Shown one piece after another: positions 9,067-18,305 of a stretch of 64,000 bases of DNA. The notes below the pieces were generated by a model that was given only the letters and a program-made list of their open reading frames with translations, did not search any database and was not told the origin of the DNA. Within the stretch, counting starts at the first letter, position 1, and each line of letters begins with the position of its first letter. Source of the DNA: Acidimicrobiia bacterium (GTDB taxonomy: Bacteria; Actinomycetota; Acidimicrobiia; IMCC26256; PALSA-555); contig JBPYDT010000017.1 of assembly GCA_051986275.1 (NCBI GenBank), positions 21,621 to 85,620 on the forward strand. The letters are read 5' to 3'. Both the position numbers and the translations under genes were made by a program.

Positions 9067-9684
9067 GTGACCCGCGGACGCCTCGAGGCGTTCAGCGACG
9101 GCGTGTTCGCCGTCGCGATCACCTTGCTCGCCCTCAACCTCACGGTCGCGGGGCCGGGCCACGGGAGCTTGACGCACCAGCTCGCCAACCGGTGGCCGTC
9201 GTTCGCGGCGTACGCGGTGAGCTTCTCGACGATCGGGATCATCTGGGTCAACCACCACGGCGTCTTCAAGACGTTCGCCTCGATCGACCGCGTGCTCGTG
9301 TTCTTGAACCTGCTCCTGCTGTTCTTCGTCGTGCTCATCCCGTTCGCGACGACGACGTTTGCGACCTACCTCCGTGGCGGCGGAAGCGACGCGCAGGTCG
9401 CGGCGGCGATCTACTCGTTGGTCTACGAGTGCCTGAGCCTCGCGTTCTTCCTCGTGTTCTGGTACCCGATCCGGCGCGGGCTCCTCGAGCAACCCATCCC
9501 GCCCGAGGCGGAGCGAGTGGCAGTCGTGCGCTTCTGCTTGGGCTCTGCTGGCTATCTCGTGGCCATCGGCGTCGCGTTCGTGAGCCCGACCGCCTCGCTC
9601 GCCGTCAATGGGCTCCTCGCCATCTATTACATGGTCGATCAGACGCCGGAGGGTTCGCGCCAACGTTCGGCCGTCCCCGACTGA
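9067..9684 (+). CDS. TMEM175/DUF1211 family potassium-channel-like membrane protein
   Basis: The signature RLEAFSDGVFAVAITLLAL sits at the N-terminus, followed by 6 TM segments. The start was trimmed to the in-frame GTG at 9067. The track ORF starts at 8842, abutting the tRNA, and the exact start is uncertain. Confidence 0.8.
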   Translation: MTRGRLEAFSDGVFAVAITLLALNLTVAGPGHGSLTHQLANRWPSFAAYAVSFSTIGIIWVNHHGVFKTFASIDRVLVFLNLLLLFFVVLIPFATTTFATYLRGGGSDAQVAAAIYSLVYECLSLAFFLVFWYPIRRGLLEQPIPPEAERVAVVRFCLGSAGYLVAIGVAFVSPTASLAVNGLLAIYYMVDQTPEGSRQRSAVPD

Positions 9685-9783
9685 CGGCGGGGAACGCCCG
9701 CCGCCACCGCGGGTGCGCCGCGGCCGTTGGTTTCTCGCCCTCCCCTGACAGACAGGTGGCGAGCCAGCGGTAGCGTCGCGCCG

Positions 9784-10101
9784 ATGAGCGACGAGCCGGA
9801 GACGGTGCTCGACGCACTGCGAGTTCTCACCGCCGACGGGTACGCCACCTCGTTCTCCCTGGTCGACGGGGGCGTTCGCTGCTCGGTGTGCTCGACCGCA
9901 CACCCGATGGAGCGGATCCGCGCCGTGCGCGTCTATCGGTTCGAGGGTCCGAGTGACCCTGACGAGGAAGCCGCGGTGTACGCGCTCGAGTGCTCGCGCT
10001 GCGGCGCGAAGGGCGCACTCGTGTCGACCTACGGGCCGGCGGCCGACCCCGCGCTGGCCGACCACCTCGACGTACCCCAGGCGCACGCCCGAGATCGGTG
10101 A
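9784..10101 (+). CDS. small hypothetical protein with two CxxC pairs (putative zinc ribbon)
   Basis: The start is the internal ATG (MSDEPETVLDALRVL...). It has CSVC and CSRC pairs about 35 aa apart. Its stop lies 2 nt before the next gene. I recognise no family. Confidence 0.5.
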   Translation: MSDEPETVLDALRVLTADGYATSFSLVDGGVRCSVCSTAHPMERIRAVRVYRFEGPSDPDEEAAVYALECSRCGAKGALVSTYGPAADPALADHLDVPQAHARDR

Positions 10102-10103
10102 CG

Positions 10104-10400
10104 ATGGCCGATACGTGCACCCACCTCGGCGACATCACCCTCGACGTCGCGCCAAGCGGCGACGGCTGCGTCGAGTGCCTGAAGATGGGGTCGACCTGGC
10201 TGCACCTGCGGCGCTGCGTCGAGTGTGGTCACGTCGGCTGCTGCGACAACTCACCGAACCGCCACGCCACGGCGCACTTCCACGAGGTCGGCCACCCCCT
10301 GATCCAGTCCTTCGAGCCCGGGGAGGAGTGGTTCTCGTGCTACGTCGACGACGTCATGTTTGAGGTGCCCGGGCGCCCGCCCAGTCCGGCGCATTCGTGA
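10104..10400 (+). CDS. UBP-type zinc-finger domain protein
   Basis: MADTCTHLGDI...GDGCVECLKMGSTWLHLRRCVECGHVGCCDNSPNRHATAHFHEVGHPL. The Cys/His pattern is that of zf-UBP. The track ORF starts upstream at 9990. Confidence 0.75.
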   Translation: MADTCTHLGDITLDVAPSGDGCVECLKMGSTWLHLRRCVECGHVGCCDNSPNRHATAHFHEVGHPLIQSFEPGEEWFSCYVDDVMFEVPGRPPSPAHS

Positions 10401-11872
10401 GTACCCCGCCGGACGTCTCCGGCCCCGCGCTGCGGCTGCACAGCGCGAGGGGCCGGTGGGTCCTCGCCGCGGCGGTGCTTGGCTCGGCCGTCGCGTTCAT
10501 CGACAGCACGGTCGTGAACGCGGCCCTGCCCGCGATCTCGCACGACCTGCACGCCGGCCTCGCCGACCTGCAGTGGGTCGTCACCGCCTATCTCCTCACG
10601 CTGGGTGCGCTTCTCGTCGTCGGCGGTTCGCTCGGCGACCTGTTCGGCCGCCGCCGAATCTTCGTGATCGGGCTCATCGGTTTCGGCGTGACGTCGACGC
10701 TGAGCGGCGCGGCCCCGACGATCGAGACGCTCATCGCGGCCCGCGCGCTCCAGGGGGTGGCGGCGGCGCTGCTCGTGCCGGGCAGCCTGGCGATCATCTC
10801 GGCGTCCTTTCGCCCCGAGGACCGGGGCGCGGCGATCGGTGCGTGGAGCGGACTGTCCGGCGTGTCGACGGCGATCGGGCCGTTCCTGGGCGGGTGGCTG
10901 ATTGACAGCTTCTCCTGGCGTCTCGTCTTCTTCATCAACCCGCCCATCGTCGTGATGACCGCGATCCTCGCGTACCGCCACATCCCCGAGACGCGTGACG
11001 AGACGGCGTCACGCCACGTCGATGTGCTCGGCGGCACCGTGCTCGCGCTGGGCCTCGCGGGCGTCGTGTACGCGCTGATCGAAGGGCCGGCACACGGCTG
11101 GGCCCTGCAGACTGTGGCGCTGGCGATCATCGGCGTCGCGGCGTTGATGATGTTCGTCGTCGTCGAGCGTCGATCTCCTGCCCCGATGGTGCCGCTCGAG
11201 ATCTTCCGCTCGCGGCAGTTCTCTGGTGCGAACGCCGTGACGTTCGTCGTCTACGGCGCCCTCGGTGCGGTCACGTTCCTGCTGGTCGTGCACCTCCAGA
11301 CGGATCTCGGGTACTCGGCGCTGAAAGCCGGCGCGTCGCTGATACCGCTGACCGTGCTCATGCTGGCGTTCTCGTCGCGGATGGGTGCGCTCTCCCAGCG
11401 CATCGGTCCCCGGCTGCCGATGACGGTCGGACCCATCATCGTGGGCATCGGCGTGGCGCTCCTCGCCCGGGTCCATCCCGGCACGACGTACTGGTCGACC
11501 GTGTTCCCGGCCGCGCTGGTGCTCGGCGCCGGCCTGACGATCACGGTGGCGCCGCTCACCGCGGCGGTCCTGGCGGCCGTCGAGGACCGCCACGCCGGGA
11601 TCGGGTCGGCCATCAACAACGCCGTGGCGCGCATCGCGGGGCTGCTCGCCGTCGCGGTGCTGCCCGCCCTCGCCGGCCTGGCCACCGCAGGCGGCAGCCT
11701 CGACCTCGTGCACGGGTTCGGGAAGGCGATGTACATCTGCGCCGTCCTCTCGGGGTTCGGCGGAGTACTCGCGTGGTTCACGATCCGCCGCAGCGTGCCC
11801 GTTCAGTCGGTGCCCAGCGCGACGCCGATCGCTTGCAACGACGCGGCGCTGCGTCGCGCCGCCGCGGCCTGA
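10397..11872 (+). CDS. MFS transporter, DHA2/EmrB-like (14-TMS type)
   Basis: 491-aa ORF with many TM segments and the motifs GSLGDLFGRRRIF and LQGVAAALLVPGSLAII. Its GTG start overlaps the upstream stop (GTGA). Confidence 0.85.
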   Translation: MSTPPDVSGPALRLHSARGRWVLAAAVLGSAVAFIDSTVVNAALPAISHDLHAGLADLQWVVTAYLLTLGALLVVGGSLGDLFGRRRIFVIGLIGFGVTSTLSGAAPTIETLIAARALQGVAAALLVPGSLAIISASFRPEDRGAAIGAWSGLSGVSTAIGPFLGGWLIDSFSWRLVFFINPPIVVMTAILAYRHIPETRDETASRHVDVLGGTVLALGLAGVVYALIEGPAHGWALQTVALAIIGVAALMMFVVVERRSPAPMVPLEIFRSRQFSGANAVTFVVYGALGAVTFLLVVHLQTDLGYSALKAGASLIPLTVLMLAFSSRMGALSQRIGPRLPMTVGPIIVGIGVALLARVHPGTTYWSTVFPAALVLGAGLTITVAPLTAAVLAAVEDRHAGIGSAINNAVARIAGLLAVAVLPALAGLATAGGSLDLVHGFGKAMYICAVLSGFGGVLAWFTIRRSVPVQSVPSATPIACNDAALRRAAAA

Positions 11873-11886
11873 CGGCACGATCCGCC

Positions 11887-12453
11887 GTGCCGGCGACCGG
11901 GGACACCTGCGCCCACCGCACCGCGTTGACCGCGTTCACTTCGGTCGCGCGGCAGGTCCCCGAGGGCGCGTGGCGCGTCCCGACGCCGTGCCGCGAGTGG
12001 GACGCGGCGGCGCTGGTCGAGCACGTCATCGGCTTCCACCAGTACCTCCTCCTCGCGCCGCTCGGTGTCCGCGCCCACCGGCCCCGGGTCGGGTCGCTCG
12101 CGCGGTGGCTCGCCACCGAGCGGGCCGTCGAGTCCGTCCTCGACGATCCCGATGCTCTCGAGCGGCCCGCGTCCTACTTCGACGGTGCCACCCGCCGGCC
12201 GGTCGAGCTGCTGCGCTCGCTCGCCGACGACACCCTGGTGCACACCTGGGACCTGGCCCGGGCCGCCGGCCTCCCGGACCGCCTCGACCCCGACGCGTGC
12301 GCCGGTGCCTACGCCCGCGCGCGGCGTCAGGTCGACGGGCAGGCCGCGTCGGGGCTGTACGCCGCGCCGGTCGCCGTCCCTGAGGACGCGTCGGTCGAGG
12401 ACCGACTCCTCGGGCTCCTCGGCCGCGACCCAAGGTGGCGCGCCCCAGGGTGA
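11887..12453 (+). CDS. DinB-fold / TIGR03086-like protein (second copy)
   Basis: It has VPTPCREWDAAALVEHVIGF and LVHTWDLARAAG motifs parallel to the 6352..6891 protein. The start was set to the in-frame GTG at 11887 and is uncertain. Confidence 0.7.
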   Translation: MPATGDTCAHRTALTAFTSVARQVPEGAWRVPTPCREWDAAALVEHVIGFHQYLLLAPLGVRAHRPRVGSLARWLATERAVESVLDDPDALERPASYFDGATRRPVELLRSLADDTLVHTWDLARAAGLPDRLDPDACAGAYARARRQVDGQAASGLYAAPVAVPEDASVEDRLLGLLGRDPRWRAPG

Positions 12454-12491
12454 GCGCCGCCGCACGGGGCGCGCGGCTGACGCGACGATCG

Positions 12492-12562
12492 AGCGGCGGA
12501 CGGGAATCGAACCCGCGTCATCGCCTTGGAAGGGCGAGGCTCTGCCGTTGAGCTACCGCCGC
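12492..12562 (-). tRNA. tRNA-Gly (anticodon TCC)
   Basis: The reverse complement folds as GCGGCGG TA GCTCAACGGCAGAGC C TCGCC CTTCCAA GGCGA TGAC GCGGG TTCGATT CCCGT CCGCCGC T. No encoded CCA. Confidence 0.9.
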
Positions 12563-12583
12563 GCACGCGCGGTGTCCACGCGC

Positions 12584-12660
12584 TGGTCGGGGAGGGGGGA
12601 TTTGAACCCCCGACCGCCTGCCCCCAAAGCAGGTGCGCTACCGGGCTGCGCTACTCCCCG
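12584..12660 (-). tRNA. tRNA-Pro (anticodon TGG) with encoded CCA
   Basis: The reverse complement folds as CGGGGAG TA GCGCAGCCCGGTAGCGC A CCTGC TTTGGGG GCAGG CGGTC GGGGG TTCAAAT CCCCC CTCCCCG A CCA. Confidence 0.9.
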
Positions 12661-12868
12661 TTGTGTTCGACGCCATCGCGACCACGGCCTGGTCGCCGTC
12701 GAGCAGAGGGCTCACGGAGCACCTGCCGTTCACACCCACCCCGGCGTCTCTCGGCGGTTGTGAAGGGCGACCCGAGGACAGCGTAGGCGAGCGCTCGACG
12801 CTCACCGAGAGCTTCTGACGCAGTGTGCTTGCGGGACCGCAACTCACCACCGCCACACGGTCGCGCTC

Positions 12869-12898
12869 TTATGCCTCTCTTAATGGTCCTTCTATATG
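12869..12898 (+). promoter_or_regulatory. candidate sigma-70-type promoter in the most AT-rich patch of the window
   Basis: TTATGC (12869-12874), an 18-nt spacer, then TATATG (12893-12898). It lies upstream of the ABC operon in an otherwise GC-saturated intergenic region. The match to consensus is weak. Confidence 0.25.
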
Positions 12899-13024
12899 TT
12901 CGCTCGCGCGGTGTGCCCGCACGGGAACCCTCCGTCGGCGCGGGGCGTTCCTGAGGGCGGTTACGCGGTCCCCGAAGGTTCAAAGGAAACAGCTCCCTCA
13001 TTGGGGACTCGGGAGGATGCTCCG

Positions 13025-14566
13025 ATGTCGGTGGCGAAGGGCCGGAAGCCGGAAGGAGGGGAGCCGGTCGCGGTCGCAATGGAGCCCGACGTCGCCGATC
13101 TCGGCCCGGCAGTCGCGGCACCGTCGCAGGACGGCCACGGCGGCCGCATGGCACGGCTGCGTCGTGGCCTCGGTCAGCCCCCGGTGTGGGCGGTCGTCGA
13201 GGTGGTGGTGGTCGTCGTCGCGTTGGTGGTCGCGCTGGCGACTCGCTCCGGCGACCTGGTGCCCGCGACGACCACGTCCTCGCAGCAGCTGGTGACCGTG
13301 ACCCGAGGCACCCTCAGCAACACGGTGTCGGCCCAGGGGACCGTTTCCGCGGCGAACACGGCCAACCTGAACTTCACCGCGGCGGGGACGGTCACCGCTG
13401 TCAACGTCCAGGCCGGGGACATGGTGACCGCGGGCCAAGTGCTCGCCACCGCCGACTCGGCCCAGTTGCAGGCTGCGGTGGCGTCGGCGCAGGCGAGCCT
13501 GGCGACGGCGCAGGCGAAGGTGTCCGACGACGAGTCGTCCTCGGCCTCGGCGGCGCAGCTCGCCGCCGATCAGGCGAGCTTGACCTCGGACTACGCCGCG
13601 GTCGGCGAGGCACAGCAGGCGCTCGCGGGCGCGTCCTTGGTCGCGCCGTTCGCGGGCGAGGTCGCGCAGGTGAACGTCACGCCGGGTGAGCAGCTGTCGT
13701 CGAACGGGACGGGCGGAACCTCGCTGAGCGGGTCACAGAGCGGATCAGGGCGATCGTCCTCGGCGATCGGCTCGAGCAGCAGCTCGAGCGGCAGCGCGGG
13801 TGGTGGCACCGGCGGTGGGCTGGGCGGCGCCGGCGGCGGTGGGGCAGGTGCCGGTTCGTCTTCGTCTTCCTCGTCGTCTTCGTCTTCATCGTCTTCGTCC
13901 ACGCCGGCCATCGAGGTCATCACCCCCGGCGCCTACACGGCGAGCCTGCCGATCTCCAGCGCGGACATCGCGAGCGTCGCCGTGGGTCAGAGCGCGACCG
14001 TGACCGTGACGACGGCCGTGAACTCGGGCGGCCTCGGCGGCTTCCTCGGCGGGTTGGCCAGCCGCTTCGGCCTCGGAGGCGCGGGTTCGTCGAGCTCGTC
14101 GAGCCGGTCCGCGACCGGCGCGGCGGCGACCGGGACGGTGACGGCGGTCTCGAAGGTCGCGTCCGCGAGCTCGGGCGTCGCGCAGTACCCCGTGACGGTG
14201 TCGTTCAACGCACCGGCGACGGGCTTCTATGTCGGTGCGAGCGTGATCGGCGCGATCTCGACGAACGCGATCCCGAACGTCATCCTGGTCCCGGTCGGCG
14301 CGGTGACGACCAGCAACGCGACGTCGACGGTCGTCGTCGCCACGAACGGGACGCTGTCGGGTCCAACGCGAACTCAGGTCGTGAAGACGGGCGCCAGCGC
14401 GAACGGCTTCGTCGAGATCACCTCGGGCCTGAAGGAGGGCGAGCAGCTCGTCGTGACGACCACGACGGTGACCTCCTCGGGCTCCACCTCCTCGGGCACG
14501 GGGTCCGGCAGCGGTGCTTCATCCTCGGCCGGGACGGGCGGGGTCAAGGTCGGCTCGGGCGGCTGA
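13025..14566 (+). CDS. HlyD/MacA-type membrane-fusion (periplasmic adaptor) protein 1, short hairpin
   Basis: N-terminal TM (VWAVVEVVVVVVALVVALA). The lipoyl halves NFTAAGTVTAVNVQAGDMVTAGQVLA and LVAPFAGEVAQVNVTPGEQL are separated by a ~60-aa coiled coil. The C-terminal beta-barrel/MP domain includes VEITSGLKEGEQLVV. ATG 13025 follows GGGAGGA. The track start is 12896. Confidence 0.8.
   Translation: MSVAKGRKPEGGEPVAVAMEPDVADLGPAVAAPSQDGHGGRMARLRRGLGQPPVWAVVEVVVVVVALVVALATRSGDLVPATTTSSQQLVTVTRGTLSNTVSAQGTVSAANTANLNFTAAGTVTAVNVQAGDMVTAGQVLATADSAQLQAAVASAQASLATAQAKVSDDESSSASAAQLAADQASLTSDYAAVGEAQQALAGASLVAPFAGEVAQVNVTPGEQLSSNGTGGTSLSGSQSGSGRSSSAIGSSSSSSGSAGGGTGGGLGGAGGGGAGAGSSSSSSSSSSSSSSSTPAIEVITPGAYTASLPISSADIASVAVGQSATVTVTTAVNSGGLGGFLGGLASRFGLGGAGSSSSSSRSATGAAATGTVTAVSKVASASSGVAQYPVTVSFNAPATGFYVGASVIGAISTNAIPNVILVPVGAVTTSNATSTVVVATNGTLSGPTRTQVVKTGASANGFVEITSGLKEGEQLVVTTTTVTSSGSTSSGTGSGSGASSSAGTGGVKVGSGG
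13856..13900 (+). repeat. 15 consecutive Ser codons, (TCGTCT)n-like coding microsatellite
   Basis: The run reads tcg tct tcg tct tcc tcg tcg tct tcg tct tca tcg tct tcg tcc, inside adaptor 1. It uses T/A-ending codons that are otherwise rare here. Confidence 0.9.
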
Positions 14567-14570
14567 CGGG

Positions 14571-15308
14571 ATGTCGACGAGCGACGACGCGTCGCCTCCC
14601 GTCGTGGAGCTGATCGACGTCGAGAAGGTCTACCGAACCGGCGAGCTCGAGGTCGCCGCCTTGCGGGGTGTCTCACTCCGGGTCGACGAGAGCGAGTACC
14701 TGGCGATCGTCGGCCCCTCGGGCTCCGGCAAGTCCACGTTGATGCACATCCTCGGGTGCCTCGACGTCGCCACCAGCGGGATCTTCCGCATCATCGGACA
14801 CGACGCCCAGTCGCTGGACGAGGACCTGCTCGCCCGCATCCGCAACGCGTTCATCGGGTTCGTGTTCCAGCAGTTCAACCTGTTGGCCCACATGACGGCG
14901 CTGCAGAACGTGGAGCTGCCACTGGTCTACGCCGGCGTGGACCCCGCGGAGCGACGCGCGCGGGCGATCGCCGCGCTCGACAAGGTCAGTCTCGTGGACC
15001 GGTCGGAGCACCGGCCCGGCGAGCTCTCTGGCGGGCAGCAGCAACGCGTCGCGGTGGCGCGGGCGCTGATCACCGAACCGGCCGTGATCCTCGCCGACGA
15101 GCCGACCGGCAACCTCGACTCGGCAGCGGCAGCCGACGTGCTCGCGCTGCTCGAGGAGCTGAACGCCGACGGACGCACGCTGGTGGTCATCACGCACGAG
15201 CGCGACGTCGCCGCTCGGGCGAAGCGCACGATCGAGATCCGCGACGGCCAGGTGTGGGATCCGGAGGCGCACGGCGTCGGCGCGGGCGACACGGGGTCGC
15301 TCCGATGA
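14571..15308 (+). CDS. ABC transporter ATP-binding protein, MacB/LolD type
   Basis: Walker A is GPSGSGKST, the signature is [15 protein letters not shown], and Walker B is [11 protein letters not shown]. The start is the ATG ([21 protein letters not shown]) 4 nt after the adaptor 1 stop. Confidence 0.9.
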   Translation: MSTSDDASPPVVELIDVEKVYRTGELEVAALRGVSLRVDESEYLAIVGPSGSGKSTLMHILGCLDVATSGIFRIIGHDAQSLDEDLLARIRNAFIGFVFQQFNLLAHMTALQNVELPLVYAGVDPAERRARAIAALDKVSLVDRSEHRPGELSGGQQQRVAVARALITEPAVILADEPTGNLDSAAAADVLALLEELNADGRTLVVITHERDVAARAKRTIEIRDGQVWDPEAHGVGAGDTGSLR

Positions 15309-16543
15309 CCTGGCGCGACACGTTCTGGACAGCCATGGACGCCGTGCGGTCCCACCGCCTGCGTTCCTCGCTCACGATGCTCGGGATCCTCATCGGGATC
15401 ACGGCCGTGGTCCTCACCGTGGGGATCGGGCAGGGCGCCCAGGCCACGGTGCAGGACCAGATCAACGAGCTGGGCACGAACCTGCTCGTGGTCTCGCCGG
15501 GAAGCTCGACGAACGCCACGGGCGTCCGGGGCGGCTTCGGCACGGTCACGACCCTGACGCAAGCCGACGCCGCGGCCCTCACGTCGAATGTCGCCGCGCC
15601 GGACGTCCAGGCCGTCAGCCCGGTGGCGACGTCGTCGGCCGAGCTGGTGAACCCGACGACGGGCCAGAACTGGACCACGACCCTGACCGGGACGACGCCG
15701 AGCTGGCAGACCACCCGGTCCAGAGGCGCCGTGCTGGGTCGCTTCATCTCGGCCGCCGACCAGCGGAACGCGACGTCGGTCGTCGTGCTCGGCCCGAACA
15801 CCGTCACGCAGCTGTTCGGGAGCAACGACCCGCTCGGCAGCTCCGTGACGTTCAACGGCGTCAAGCTCCAGGTGATCGGCGTGCTCCAGAGCTTGAGCTC
15901 CGCCGAGCAGGCGGCGAGCAACGACCTGGCGGTGGTGCCCTTGAGCACCTACGCGCAGCGGCTCGTCGGGGGCGCCAGCCGGAACTCGGTGAGCTCGATC
16001 TACGTCAAGGCCACGTCGGCGGGCACCCTCTCCGCGGCGTACCAAGAGACCAACGCCCTGTTGCTGAACACGCACCACGTCACGAACGCCAGCACCGCCG
16101 ACTTCTCGATCGCGACGCAGCAGTCGATCCTCGCCGCGTCCAACTCGGTCGACAACACGCTGACCGTGATGCTCGCCGGGATCGCCGTCATCTCTCTGCT
16201 CGTCGGCGGGATCGGGGTGATGAACATCATGCTCGTGTCCGTCACCGAGCGGATCCGAGAGATCGGCGTCCGCAAGGCGATCGGCGCGTCGCCCAGCATC
16301 ATCCGCCGCCAGTTCCTCGTCGAGGCGTCGGTGCTCGGCCTCGCCGGAGGGCTGCTCGGCGTGGCGGTCGGGATCCTCGGCGCATTCCTCGTGCCGCAGT
16401 TCAGCGACCAACGCGTGATCTTGTCGATCCCGGCCTCGATCGGCGCCATCGTGATCGCGGTCGGGATCGGCGTCGTCTTCGGCGTCTACCCCGCGTCGCG
16501 CGCGGCGCGGCTCGCCCCGATCGACGCGCTGCGAAGCGAGTGA
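15305..16543 (+). CDS. ABC transporter permease, MacB/FtsX type with large extracytoplasmic domain
   Basis: [36 protein letters not shown], then a ~250-aa external domain. The C-terminal FtsX region includes [24 protein letters not shown]. An ATGA overlap joins it to the ATPase gene. Confidence 0.9.
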   Translation: MTWRDTFWTAMDAVRSHRLRSSLTMLGILIGITAVVLTVGIGQGAQATVQDQINELGTNLLVVSPGSSTNATGVRGGFGTVTTLTQADAAALTSNVAAPDVQAVSPVATSSAELVNPTTGQNWTTTLTGTTPSWQTTRSRGAVLGRFISAADQRNATSVVVLGPNTVTQLFGSNDPLGSSVTFNGVKLQVIGVLQSLSSAEQAASNDLAVVPLSTYAQRLVGGASRNSVSSIYVKATSAGTLSAAYQETNALLLNTHHVTNASTADFSIATQQSILAASNSVDNTLTVMLAGIAVISLLVGGIGVMNIMLVSVTERIREIGVRKAIGASPSIIRRQFLVEASVLGLAGGLLGVAVGILGAFLVPQFSDQRVILSIPASIGAIVIAVGIGVVFGVYPASRAARLAPIDALRSE

Positions 16544-16547
16544 CACG

Positions 16548-18269
16548 ATGACTGAGACCGCGACGTCATCGGCGATGGCCACCAAGCTCGCCACGGTGTT
16601 CCCTGAGCTGGACCCGGTCGCGACGGTGACGCCCGAGCCGTCGCGTCGACCGCGCGTCCGGGCCCTCGCCGCCGGCGCCATCGTCGTCGTCATCGCGATC
16701 GTCGCCACGCTGAGCGGGGTGTTCTCCTCGTCCAGTTCCGACTACCGCACGGCCGTCGCCTCGACCCAGAACGTCAACGCCGCACTCAGCGGCGTCGCCA
16801 CGATCGAGCCCCAGCTCGAGGCGACCGTCGCCTTCCCGGCGTCCGGGACCGTGACGTCGGTCAACGTGAAGGTCGGCGACACGGTCAGCGCGGGGCAGAC
16901 CTTGGCCCAGCTCGACACCCAGTCCCTCACCCAGACGCTCGACCAGCAGATGGCGACGCTCACCCAAGACCAGCTCACGCTGTCCAACGCGATGAACGGG
17001 CAGTCCACCCCCGGCGGCGGGCTGGGCGGTGCCGGCGGCTCCAGCGGGACGGGCACGGGGAGCGCCAGCTCGACGGCGGCCGGTCTGAGCGCGGCCGTCA
17101 CGTCGCCGGCCGCGCACCGCGGCGTGCTGCTCGCGGTGGAGATGGACGCGAGCGACCCGGCGATCGCGGCGGCGCAGCAGCGGGTGCTCGCGGCCCAGCA
17201 GCAGGTCGACGCCGCCCAGTCCGCGGCCGCGACCGCGATGAGCGCCGCGCTCGCGGCCTGCGTCCCCGCACCCGCGCCGGGGCCTGCCCTGTCGACGTGC
17301 CTGAGCGATCTGCAGGCCGTGTCGTCGGCCCAGAACGCGGTCACGAGCGCCCAGAAGTCGCTGGCCGCCGCCTCCACCGCCCTCGACCAGCTCCTCAACC
17401 AGGCCGCCTCCGCACCCGCCGCCAGCAAGCCGGCCACGAGCGGCTCCGGCGGCTCGGGCGGCGGGGGCCTCGCCCCGTCAGGGTCGGCTGGGCGCTCCTC
17501 GAGCGCGGCGGTGGCGCCCTCCGCCGCGGATCTCACGGCCGATCAGGCCGCGGTCGACGCCGCGCTCGCCAACGTCGCGGTCGCCCAGCAGGCCCTCGCC
17601 CAGGCCACGCTCACCAGCCCGATCAACGGCACGGTCGACGCGGTCAACCTCGTCGTGGGCGCCTCGGTGAGCGCCGGCTCCTCGACGGCCAACATCGTCG
17701 TGCAGGGCAGCGCCGGCTACCAGGTGTCCACCACGATCGGCGTCGACAACATCCCTCACGTCGCCGTCGGGCAGCCGGCCACCGTCGTCCCGGACGGCGC
17801 CCACAAGCCGCTCACCGGCAAGGTCGCGTCGATCTCGATCGCGCCCAACTCGACCAGTGCGCTGACGACCTCCTACCTCGTGGTGATCGGGTTGAAGCAC
17901 CCGAACCTCGCGCTCGGCAACGGCTCGACCGGCACGGTGACGATCACCACACAGCACGCCAAGTCGACGCTGGCCGTGCCGACCTCCGCCGTCAGGACCT
18001 CCGGGAACGCTCACACCGTCGAGGTGCTCGACGGCAACACGCCACGCCGGACGCCGGTCCGCGTCGGCGTCGTCGGCTACACGTGGACGCAGATCACGTC
18101 CGGCCTCAAGAAGGGGCAGCAGGTCGTGCTCGCCCAGGTGTCCCAGCCGCTGCCCGGCTCCGCCACCAACTCCACCACCTCCTCGAACGCCACGAACGCC
18201 CGGAACACGGTGAACGGCACCCCCATCTTCGTGGGCCGTGGCGGCGGCGGGCTGCGAGGCGGCGGCTGA
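16548..18269 (+). CDS. HlyD/MacA-type membrane-fusion adaptor protein 2, very long interrupted hairpin
   Basis: It has an N-terminal TM. The lipoyl halves [29 protein letters not shown] and [20 protein letters not shown] are ~230 aa apart. That interval holds Ala/Gln coiled-coil segments broken by Gly/Ser tracts. The C-terminus includes [16 protein letters not shown]. Confidence 0.8.
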   Translation: MTETATSSAMATKLATVFPELDPVATVTPEPSRRPRVRALAAGAIVVVIAIVATLSGVFSSSSSDYRTAVASTQNVNAALSGVATIEPQLEATVAFPASGTVTSVNVKVGDTVSAGQTLAQLDTQSLTQTLDQQMATLTQDQLTLSNAMNGQSTPGGGLGGAGGSSGTGTGSASSTAAGLSAAVTSPAAHRGVLLAVEMDASDPAIAAAQQRVLAAQQQVDAAQSAAATAMSAALAACVPAPAPGPALSTCLSDLQAVSSAQNAVTSAQKSLAAASTALDQLLNQAASAPAASKPATSGSGGSGGGGLAPSGSAGRSSSAAVAPSAADLTADQAAVDAALANVAVAQQALAQATLTSPINGTVDAVNLVVGASVSAGSSTANIVVQGSAGYQVSTTIGVDNIPHVAVGQPATVVPDGAHKPLTGKVASISIAPNSTSALTTSYLVVIGLKHPNLALGNGSTGTVTITTQHAKSTLAVPTSAVRTSGNAHTVEVLDGNTPRRTPVRVGVVGYTWTQITSGLKKGQQVVLAQVSQPLPGSATNSTTSSNATNARNTVNGTPIFVGRGGGGLRGGG

Positions 18270-18305
18270 CTTCGTCCGTTCCAAACCCCAACACGAGGTA
18301 CCACG

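Noticed and set aside
13690-13915. Repetitive Gly/Ser/Ala-coding tracts. This one and those at about 16990-17070 and 17430-17510 could superficially resemble a repeat array.
   Set aside because: - They are in-frame low-complexity coding sequence inside adaptor genes.
- There is no repeat-spacer periodicity, so this is not CRISPR.
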